Shown in pieces: positions 24,745 through 32,323 of a stretch of 35,689 bases of DNA. Made by a program: the position numbers and the translations under genes. The stretch is from the NCBI GenBank assembly GCA_031272345.1, contig JAISTZ010000146.1:1-35689 (forward strand), read 5' to 3'. Each line of letters starts with the position of its first letter. Within the stretch, counting starts at the first letter, position 1. Origin of the DNA: Spirochaetaceae bacterium (lineage in GTDB: Bacteria; Spirochaetota; Spirochaetia; Treponematales; Treponemataceae). The notes below the pieces were generated by a model. The model saw only the letters and a program-made list of their open reading frames with translations. It made no database searches and was not told where the DNA came from.

Positions 24745-25866
24745 ATGAAAAAATATCACATCTCGGCAATCGTCATCGCCATAGCCGCCCTTGCGGCGGC
24801 CTTCGTTTCGGGGAGGGAATTCCTTGCCCACAGAAGGCCCGAGACGATTTTTCCCGGGCCTGGGGTCACTGAAAAGAGGATGCTTTCGGACTGGTACCCG
24901 GCCCTGAAAGGCGGCCGGGGGGACACGGAGGTCTACATATTCAGGGGCGACGAAGAGGGCGGCTCGATCCTCGTACTGGGGGGGACTCACCCCAACGAGC
25001 CCAGCGGCTATCTGGCGGCCACGGTTCTGGTGGAAAACGCCTCGGTGAGCAAGGGAACCCTCTACGTGATCCCCAGGGCGAACAACTCCGCCTTCACCCA
25101 CAACGACCCCCAGGAGGGGTCCCCCGCGTCGTTCACCATCAAAAAGAGTGACGGCGACGAGCGGGTGTTCCGCTTCGGCTCCAGGGCGACGAACCCCCTG
25201 GACCAGTGGCCCGACCCGGAGGTGTACATCCACGCCTCAAGCGGCCAGCACCTTTCGGGGAACGAAACCCGCAACCTGAACCGGGGCTATCCCGGCAGGA
25301 CCAACGGCACCTTCACGGAAAGGGTCTGCTACGGAATCACGTCCCTTATCAAGGCCCAGAACATCACCATGACCATAGACCTGCACGAGGCGTCCCCGGA
25401 ATATCCGGTGATCAACGCGATTGTCGCCCACGAGCGCGCCATGACCCTGGCGTCCTACGTGGTGCTGGGGCTGGAAATCCAGGACATCAAAATCGGCCTG
25501 GAGCCTTCCCCCAGGAACCTGCACGGCCTCACCCACCGGGAACTGGGGGACGCCACGGACACCTTCGCGGTGCTCATGGAAACCGCCAACGCATCCCAGG
25601 GGAGAATCCGGGGCAGGACCGACGCGGCCCTGGCCCTCACGGGAAAGGACACGTGCTATGTGAAGGCGGCGGAACTCGGGCGGCTCTATGTGCCCTTTGA
25701 CGAAAGGGGCCACCCCATCGAGGAGCGGGTCGGCAGGCACCTGGCGGGAATCGCCGAATTCGCCTTCGCCCTGGGAACGGAATACCCCGACAAGGAGATT
25801 CTCATCGAGGGAATCCCGGACTACTACGAGTTGCAGGACAATGGCCTGGGCGCTTACCTCAAATGA
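24745..25866 (+). CDS. Membrane-anchored M14-like zinc hydrolase (succinylglutamate desuccinylase/aspartoacylase AstE/AspA family).
   Basis: The N-terminal anchor is ISAIVIAIAALAAAFV. Zinc and catalytic motifs are GGTHPNEPSG (HxxE), NRGYPG and DLHEA. Confidence 0.8.
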   Translation: MKKYHISAIVIAIAALAAAFVSGREFLAHRRPETIFPGPGVTEKRMLSDWYPALKGGRGDTEVYIFRGDEEGGSILVLGGTHPNEPSGYLAATVLVENASVSKGTLYVIPRANNSAFTHNDPQEGSPASFTIKKSDGDERVFRFGSRATNPLDQWPDPEVYIHASSGQHLSGNETRNLNRGYPGRTNGTFTERVCYGITSLIKAQNITMTIDLHEASPEYPVINAIVAHERAMTLASYVVLGLEIQDIKIGLEPSPRNLHGLTHRELGDATDTFAVLMETANASQGRIRGRTDAALALTGKDTCYVKAAELGRLYVPFDERGHPIEERVGRHLAGIAEFAFALGTEYPDKEILIEGIPDYYELQDNGLGAYLK

Positions 25867-25870
25867 GGCC

Positions 25871-27109
25871 ATGGTTTGCGCCGCGGCGGCTCTGGCGGCT
25901 CTGATTCTGGTTTTTGCCCTTCTTGCAGCGGAAAATCTGCTCGTGGGTGCGGCGCGGAAGAAGCTTTCCCTGGTGATTCTGGTGAACGGAACCCGGGGAA
26001 AGTCCACGGTCACCAGGATGCTGCACTGCCTCCTGCGCGAAGCCCCGGGGTTCGCTCCCGTGTTCGGCAAGACCACGGGCAGCGCCGCGATGCTCCTCCT
26101 CCCCGACGGAACCGAAAGACCCCTCCGCCGGATCTGCGGCGGGAACGTGCGGGAACAGCGGAACTGCCTCATCGGGGCCGCCTTTTCCGGGGCGAAGACC
26201 CTGGTGTTCGAGTGCAACGCCGTAAAGCCTGAACTGCAAAAGATTACCGCCCGATGGCTCGTCCCGGACATCATGGTGGTAACGAATGTGCGGGAAGACC
26301 ACGCGGACGCCCTGGGGAAACCGGAACAGGCGGCCCGGGTGTTCGCCCAGGTTCCGCCCAAAAACAGCGTCCTCATCACAAGCGACCGCGCCTTTGCGCA
26401 CATCTGGGAAGAGGAAGCCCCACGGCGCGGCTACCGCCTGTGTTTGCACTCCCCGGAGGAAGCCCTTGCCGGGGACCGCTTCCCGGAAAACACCGCCTGT
26501 GTGCTGGCCGCGGCAGCGTGTCTGGGGCTGGACCGCCGGAAGGCGGAAGGGGCCGCAAAAAACTACGCCCCTGACCCCGGCGAATTCACCGTCCTTTCAT
26601 GGAAGGAGGACTCCCGGAGCGGCCCGTCCCCGGCGGGCGCGGGGAGGACCGTCTTTTTCGCGGACGCCCGCTCCGCAAACGACACGGCCTCCACGGACGC
26701 GCTCCTTCAGGCAGCCGAAGGGACCCTCGAAGGCGCGGGGGCGCGACGCGGAAGCTGCGCCGGGCGGGTGTTCCTCCTCGTGAACCGGGAGGACAGGCCC
26801 GACAGGACCGCCGCCTTTGCGGAGTACCTCGCCGCCCGCTGCACCGGAAGTGACGGCTGCGTCGTGCTGGGCCGCGCCCCGGCTGCTTTCAGGAACAAGC
26901 TGAAACGCGCGGGGCTGAAGCCGGTCTACCTGGGGGCGGGCGCGAAAAGCGCCGACATCGACAGGGCCTGGGACGCCGCGCTGCCGGCCGCTCCGGAGGG
27001 GGACCCGGTCTTCGTGTTCGCCCTGGGGAACTACGGGGGCGCGGGCTCCTGTGTCACAACCTATCTTGCGGAAAAACGGGTCCTCCATGACGTTCGCGTT
27101 CAGGCCTGA
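25871..27109 (+). CDS. pgsB: Poly-gamma-glutamate synthase PgsB/CapB-like Mur-ligase-family enzyme.
   Basis: The ATG at 25871 is 4 nt after the upstream stop, with an alternative ATG at 25841. There is an N-terminal TM, then VNGTRGKSTVTRML (B. subtilis PgsB has INGIRGKSTVTRL, from memory). Further matches are GKTTGS, EC.AV.PE, VVTNVREDH, FPEN, APDPGEF and SANDTAST. Confidence 0.85.
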   Translation: MVCAAAALAALILVFALLAAENLLVGAARKKLSLVILVNGTRGKSTVTRMLHCLLREAPGFAPVFGKTTGSAAMLLLPDGTERPLRRICGGNVREQRNCLIGAAFSGAKTLVFECNAVKPELQKITARWLVPDIMVVTNVREDHADALGKPEQAARVFAQVPPKNSVLITSDRAFAHIWEEEAPRRGYRLCLHSPEEALAGDRFPENTACVLAAAACLGLDRRKAEGAAKNYAPDPGEFTVLSWKEDSRSGPSPAGAGRTVFFADARSANDTASTDALLQAAEGTLEGAGARRGSCAGRVFLLVNREDRPDRTAAFAEYLAARCTGSDGCVVLGRAPAAFRNKLKRAGLKPVYLGAGAKSADIDRAWDAALPAAPEGDPVFVFALGNYGGAGSCVTTYLAEKRVLHDVRVQA

Positions 27110-28301
27110 AATCTTCATCATCCTGGGAATCCTCCTCAGCCTCGCCTGTTCCGAGGGGCTGAATCTGTCCCCGGGGGGCGTGGTCGTGCCGGGCTACGTG
27201 GCCCTCTGCCTGAACCGGCCCCTGGAGCTGGCCGTCACCCTGGGGGCGGCCCTTGCCGCGTTCTTCACGATAAAAATAGCGGGCCGCTTCTTTTTTCTCT
27301 TCGGCAAGCGCAGATTCGCCCTGTGCCTGCTTTCGGGACTCGCCTGGGGCCTCCTGTTCCGCGCCTTCGCCCCAGCCCCCGGCGCGATTCTGCGCATCGG
27401 GGGATTCCTCATTCCGGGAATCCTCGCATCGGAAATGACCCGGCAGGGCGCGCTCAAGACCTTCGCGGCGATGGCGGCGGTGTCGGCCGCCGTGTTTCTG
27501 GCGGGAACGGGCCTGACCCTGCTTTTGGGGGCGCAGGAACGGCGCGCGGAGGCCGCGTATACGGAAATCCTGGAGGGCCTGCACGGGCGGAACAGGGCGG
27601 GAATCATCGGGGAGGAATACACGGCCCTCACCACGACTCTGGGAAGCCCTGAGGCAAAGCTGCTCCAGCTCGACCCGGCTGCGGCGGGCCTCATGGCGCG
27701 GCTCCTGAAAGACGCGGGAGTCCGGCGGGGCGCAAAAATCGCGGTGAACGCCTCCGGTTCCTTTCCGGGCTTTGTCTTTGCATCCCTCGCCGCGTGCCGG
27801 ACGCTGGGGCTGGACGCGGTCCTCGTGGTGTCCCTGGGGGCGTCCAGTTACGGCGCGAACATTCCGGGCTGGACCGTGGCGGACATGCTCTTTGCGGCCT
27901 CTGCCATGCCCGGAGCTCCCCTCGCCGGGGTGGAATTCGCGGCCATAACCCCCGGCGGCTCAGGGGACGCGGGGAAGGAGCTGGACCGGGCGGAACTGGA
28001 GCGGGCGGCGCTTTTGGCGCAAAGTCACGGCGTGCCCTTCGTTGTTCCCGCGAGTCTGGACGAAGCCCTGGCCCTCCGGGAGGCGGCCTTTAAGGACTGC
28101 GCCGTGCTGGTGAACGTCGGCGGAAATCACCCCTCAACCTTCGCCAGCGAGGAGCTCTCCCGCATGGGCGGCCTCATCCGTCCCACGGACGCATACGCGG
28201 GGCAGGGCCTCGTCGGGAATTTTCTTTCACAGGGGAAGCCGGTCATTCAGGTGCTGAATGTCAGGCAGCTTTTCAGGCAGTTCGGCATAGGGAAGGACTG
28301 A
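27087..28301 (+). CDS. pgsC: Fusion protein: an N-terminal PgsC/CapC membrane domain plus a C-terminal ~250-aa domain. The C-terminal domain possibly belongs to the 'poly-gamma-glutamate system protein' family.
   Basis: ATG at 27087 overlaps pgsB by 23 nt. The N-terminus MTFAFRPEIFIILGILLSLACSEGLNLSPGGVVVPGYVAL... and ...GGFLIPGILASEMTRQGALKT parallel B. subtilis PgsC (..GLVVPGY.., ..GIIVPGLIAN..QKQG, from memory). After a last TM (about residue 150) comes a soluble domain: IGEEYTALTTTLGSPEAK...AVNASGSFPG... Confidence 0.8.
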   Translation: MTFAFRPEIFIILGILLSLACSEGLNLSPGGVVVPGYVALCLNRPLELAVTLGAALAAFFTIKIAGRFFFLFGKRRFALCLLSGLAWGLLFRAFAPAPGAILRIGGFLIPGILASEMTRQGALKTFAAMAAVSAAVFLAGTGLTLLLGAQERRAEAAYTEILEGLHGRNRAGIIGEEYTALTTTLGSPEAKLLQLDPAAAGLMARLLKDAGVRRGAKIAVNASGSFPGFVFASLAACRTLGLDAVLVVSLGASSYGANIPGWTVADMLFAASAMPGAPLAGVEFAAITPGGSGDAGKELDRAELERAALLAQSHGVPFVVPASLDEALALREAAFKDCAVLVNVGGNHPSTFASEELSRMGGLIRPTDAYAGQGLVGNFLSQGKPVIQVLNVRQLFRQFGIGKD

Positions 28302-29120
28302 CCAGTCCAGGTCGAGGCGGGAATTTTTTACCAGGAGCCGCATCGCCTCAAGGTGGAACGCGGCCCGCTTCCACAGGGGGTATTCGGGATGATTGAACTG
28401 GTCGATGTCCCCCGGCGCGTCCGGGGCCTGGGCGGGATTCGCGGTTTCGATCAGAAAGGCCCCAGCGCCGGTCCTGTCGCCCCATTCCCGGTGGGAAAAT
28501 CCCGTGTTCGCCTCCGCCGACGCCTCCAGGTTGAACAGGAAGCCGGGCATGAAATCCTCGTCCTCCAGATCCAGGATGGTCTCAGCCGCGGCGGTCAGGT
28601 TTTTGGGATTCGCCACGATGTGCCAGGCGAGGCCGTCGGGGGCGGCCTCGTGCAGGTCGAAGGCGATGTCGACGTGTTCCGTGCGGAGCAGGTTCATCAC
28701 GGCCAGGGCGATTTCCCCCGCGAGGCCCCGGCCCGGGACGCCCGGATAGGCGCGGTTGATGTTGGTTTCAGGCCCGTCAACGGAGCCCGCCGCGGAACCG
28801 TCTGCGGAAATCAGGCGCGTCCCCCCGGTGTTCAGGGCGGGAATCACGATGATGCGACCCCGGTTCACCCTCCCGGTTTCGGCGAGGACAGAAGCGGCGG
28901 CGATTCCCCCGATTTCGTTCCCGTGGGCGCCCCCGGCCGCGAACATCACCGCCCCGGGCTTTCCCGATTCCAGATAGTACACCGCAACATCCCCGGGGCC
29001 GCCCGCCAGGGACGGAAGATAGTCCGAAAGCCTCGCGCTTGTGCGTCCCCCTGTTTTGGGGGTCGCGCAGGAGGCGAGGACGAGAACGGCAAGAACCGCA
29101 AAAACCGATGGCCTGGGCAT
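28227..29120 (-). CDS. Lipoprotein, the second M14-like zinc hydrolase (AstE/AspA family).
   Basis: The lipobox is VLVLASCATP. Motifs are GGAHGNEIGG (HxxE), NRAYPG and DLHEA. Its 3' end overlaps the convergent pgsC-fusion gene by 75 nt. Confidence 0.8.
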   Translation of the reverse strand: MPRPSVFAVLAVLVLASCATPKTGGRTSARLSDYLPSLAGGPGDVAVYYLESGKPGAVMFAAGGAHGNEIGGIAAASVLAETGRVNRGRIIVIPALNTGGTRLISADGSAAGSVDGPETNINRAYPGVPGRGLAGEIALAVMNLLRTEHVDIAFDLHEAAPDGLAWHIVANPKNLTAAAETILDLEDEDFMPGFLFNLEASAEANTGFSHREWGDRTGAGAFLIETANPAQAPDAPGDIDQFNHPEYPLWKRAAFHLEAMRLLVKNSRLDLDWSVLPYAELPEKLPDIQHLNDRLPL

Positions 29121-29138
29121 GTCACTATCAGCGTGTCC

Positions 29139-30668
29139 CTAGGGCAGGGGCCGGGCGTGGACTTCCCGGGAAAATTCCCCCGCCACTGCGGGGTCGTGGC
29201 GGGAATAGGCGGCCACGGCAAAGTAGTACATCCTGCCGTTTTTGAGACCCGTCAATCTGAGGGAAGTTTCCTTTCCCGCGCTAACCGGGGAGGGCCCCTC
29301 CGCCGCCGCGGCGCCCAGGTATTCGCCGGGCCTTTCGCCGTAGTACACGTAGTAGCCCCCCACAGCTTCGTCCGGGGAGATGGACCAGGAGAGGGACACC
29401 GCCCCGTTTTCCGCCCGGGCTTGCACCGACGACGGGGGCAGGGGTGACACCTCTTCCCGCCAGGTAAGGGACACGGAGGTGACCGACGGGGAAATGCTCC
29501 CCGCGCCGTCGGGGTAGAGGCTGGCCCCGATCTGGAAATACCGGCCCCGCAGGTCCGGGAGGGGCTTCCCTGCCTCCACGGGGAACCAGGGCGGGTCGCT
29601 TTCGGTCCAGCCGAAGAGATGATCCCCGGCGCGGACGAAATACTGAATCGAGGTTTCATCGGGCGCGTCCTCAAGGCTCTCGAAGGACACCAGGGTTGCG
29701 CCGGGGGACGCGGTTATGGGGAGAGTCTCGAACCTGCCCCCGTCGATGCCGTAGATGTCGCAGTAGACCCCGTTGTTCCCCTGGGTATACCTGGTCTCGT
29801 CCACCCTGCCGGCGGGACGGCGGAGAATCCGCACCTCGTCGATGCACCCGGCAAAGGCCGGGCACAGTTCCAGGGGCGCCGGGGCCCCGAGGATGGGCTG
29901 GAAAATTTCGCCCCCCTCCCTGCCCGTGGCGGTCACGTAGCGCACGTCCTCGGTCCTGCCGTCGATGGCGTATTCCAGGAGCCCGGTCTCTTCGTCAAAG
30001 GAGACGCTGTGGTGGGCCCACTTGTCCGGGATGATGATTCCGCTGCTCCGCAGACCCATTTTTTCCATGGGCCCGGCGCTTCCGAAAAACACATTGAAGA
30101 ATTCCCATTCGAGCCTGTTGTTGCTGATTGCCGCGCTGATTTGCTGGTAGTAGGGGTAGTTCCGGGCTATGCGGGAGGACGACCAGGAGAGGACCGTCTC
30201 CCCGTTTTCCGCGATGGCCGGCTTGAGCCAGAATTCAATCGTAAAGGACCCGGCCGCGCCGGGGGAACCGAAGAGGGCTGAGGGCTTCCCCCTGACCGAA
30301 ATCCCCCCGCTTCCCTGGGCGAGGGCAGCGCCCTTTCCCATCAGAGCGCGGGAGGACCGCCTGGCTCCCGAGAAGGCCGCCTCGTAGTTTCCGGCCCTGT
30401 CCCCGAGGTCCCCTTCAAAGTCGAGCAATAAGTCGGTATAATCGGTGACGGACCGGGCGTTGGACGCCAGTTTCAGGCTCTGGTAGCCGAACTTGCCCAC
30501 CCCGGTGTCGATGCCGGCCGTGTAGGAGAGGGCGGGCCAGCCCTCTTTTCCGCCGAAGACCGCGGTGTGTTCCCGGGCTCCCAGGGGAAAAAGGAGAAAA
30601 AGCAGACCCCCAAGGGCTGCAAAAAGACCAATGAAGGATGTTTCTGTTTTATCTGACACTGCGCGCAC
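29139..30668 (-). CDS. Secreted or membrane-anchored protein with a LamG/concanavalin-A-like lectin domain and a C-terminal fibronectin type III-like domain.
   Basis: The GTG start at 30668 is preceded by GGAGGAAGGGG. The N-terminal hydrophobic segment is FIGLFAALGGLLFLLFPLGA. GSFTIEFWLKP...LEWEFFNVFF...WAHHSVSF...LLEYAIDG... is LamG-like. The C-terminal AVSLSWSISPDEAVGGYYVYYGE...LKNGRMYYFAVAAYS is FN3-like. The gene ends 18 nt upstream of the M14 lipoprotein gene. Confidence 0.75.
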   Translation of the reverse strand: MRAVSDKTETSFIGLFAALGGLLFLLFPLGAREHTAVFGGKEGWPALSYTAGIDTGVGKFGYQSLKLASNARSVTDYTDLLLDFEGDLGDRAGNYEAAFSGARRSSRALMGKGAALAQGSGGISVRGKPSALFGSPGAAGSFTIEFWLKPAIAENGETVLSWSSSRIARNYPYYQQISAAISNNRLEWEFFNVFFGSAGPMEKMGLRSSGIIIPDKWAHHSVSFDEETGLLEYAIDGRTEDVRYVTATGREGGEIFQPILGAPAPLELCPAFAGCIDEVRILRRPAGRVDETRYTQGNNGVYCDIYGIDGGRFETLPITASPGATLVSFESLEDAPDETSIQYFVRAGDHLFGWTESDPPWFPVEAGKPLPDLRGRYFQIGASLYPDGAGSISPSVTSVSLTWREEVSPLPPSSVQARAENGAVSLSWSISPDEAVGGYYVYYGERPGEYLGAAAAEGPSPVSAGKETSLRLTGLKNGRMYYFAVAAYSRHDPAVAGEFSREVHARPLP

Positions 30669-32319
30669 TGCCCCTTCCTCCAGCGGAGTCTACCTGTGGC
30701 GGAATTCCGCCGGAACGATCATCTACATCGGCAAGGCGAAGAACCTGAAAAACCGGCTTTCGTCGTATTTTTCCGGGAAAAAGGACATCAAGACCCAGTT
30801 CCTCGTATCGAACGCCGCCGCAATCGAATACATCACCACCAACGACGAATTCGAAGCCCTGATCCTGGAAAACAACCTGATAAAACAGCACCGCCCCAGG
30901 TACAACATCAGCCTGAAGGACGACACGTCCTATCCGGTTCTCCGCATCACCAGGGAGCCCTTCCCCAGGATGTTCCGCACCAGGCGGATCCTCCAGGACG
31001 GGTCCCGGTACTTCGGGCCCTTCCCGAACATCCCGGCCCTGATCGCGTTCATCGACGCGGTAGAGTTGATTTTCCCGCTCAGGCATTGCGGAACATTCAA
31101 GAAACGCGGTTTACCGTGCTTGTACTACCACATTGGGCGTTGTTCCGCGCCTTGCAGCGGGAAAATCAGTCAAAACTCCTACAATGAATTTATCGAAGAA
31201 ATCGTCCAAATTCTTGAGACCGGGGACGAAAAAACCAGGGAAAAACTCGAAGGGGCAATGAAAAAGGCCGCGGGGGAGCAGAATTTCGAGAAGGCGGCGC
31301 GCCTCCGGGACGGGCTCAACGCCCTGGGGATTCTGCGGCGGGAAACCTTTGTGCAGGAATTCGCCGTGGACGACAGGGACTACATCGCCTGGTACCGGGA
31401 GGAGGAACTCGTGAGCTTCGCGGTCCTCAAGATGCGGGGGGGGAAGCTCGTGGGCCGGGACAACTACCGGGCCTCCAGCCTGAACGACGACGAAGAGCTG
31501 ATCGGGGGCTTCCTCATGGCCTACTACACCTCCCCGGACTCCTTCCCCCCGAAGATCATCGTCCAGGACGGCGGGGGCTCCGGGGACCTCGCCCTGATCC
31601 GCCGCTGGTTCGCCGAGACCTTCCAGACCCCCCCGGCGATCGGGACCCCCCGGTCCTTCCCCCAGGGGGAGGCTGCCCGGCACCAGGCCGCCCTCAACAT
31701 GACCCGGCAGAACGCCCGGGAGGACATCCTCCGCCGCCTTCGGGAACGGGGGGACCTCCCCGCCATGGAGGAACTGCGGGACACCCTCTCCCTGCAATCC
31801 CTCCCGGTGCGCATCGAGGGCTTCGACATCGCCCATCTGGAGGGCAAATTCCCCGTGGCGAGCCTGGTGAGTTTCCTGAACGGCAACCCGGACAAGAAGA
31901 ACTACCGGTACTTCCGCCTCCGCACCACCGAGGGCATCATCGACGACTTCGCCTCCATGCGGGAGGCCCTGGCGCGGCGGTACACCCGGCTCCTGAACGA
32001 ACAGGGGGAGATGCCCGACCTCATCGTGGTGGACGGCGGGGCGGGGCAGGTGAACGCGGCCTTCGCTGTGCTGAACGCCCTGTCCCTGGACATCCCGGTA
32101 ATCGGCCTGGCAAAGAAGAACGAAGAGATTTATCTGCCACACACGGGCGCCCCCCTGGTGATTCCCCGGCGGAGCGCGGCGTTGCGGCTCTTGCAGCGGG
32201 TGCGGGACGAGACCCACCGGTTCGCCACGGGGCTGAACAACCGCCTCCGGGCAAAGGAGACGGCGGAGGAATTCGACGAGACCCTTGCCGCTTTGGCGGC
32301 CCAGAAGAAGGAAGACTAG
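30631..32319 (+). CDS. uvrC: Excinuclease ABC subunit C.
   Basis: ATG at 30631 inside the track ORF 30565..32319. It has the GIY-YIG region (SGVYLWRNSAGTIIYIGKAKNLKNRLSSYF...YI...E.EAL.LE..LIK...P.YN), a UVR domain (FEKAARLRD) and the endonuclease V region. Confidence 0.9.
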   Translation: MKDVSVLSDTARTAPSSSGVYLWRNSAGTIIYIGKAKNLKNRLSSYFSGKKDIKTQFLVSNAAAIEYITTNDEFEALILENNLIKQHRPRYNISLKDDTSYPVLRITREPFPRMFRTRRILQDGSRYFGPFPNIPALIAFIDAVELIFPLRHCGTFKKRGLPCLYYHIGRCSAPCSGKISQNSYNEFIEEIVQILETGDEKTREKLEGAMKKAAGEQNFEKAARLRDGLNALGILRRETFVQEFAVDDRDYIAWYREEELVSFAVLKMRGGKLVGRDNYRASSLNDDEELIGGFLMAYYTSPDSFPPKIIVQDGGGSGDLALIRRWFAETFQTPPAIGTPRSFPQGEAARHQAALNMTRQNAREDILRRLRERGDLPAMEELRDTLSLQSLPVRIEGFDIAHLEGKFPVASLVSFLNGNPDKKNYRYFRLRTTEGIIDDFASMREALARRYTRLLNEQGEMPDLIVVDGGAGQVNAAFAVLNALSLDIPVIGLAKKNEEIYLPHTGAPLVIPRRSAALRLLQRVRDETHRFATGLNNRLRAKETAEEFDETLAALAAQKKED

Positions 32320-32323
32320 GCTT

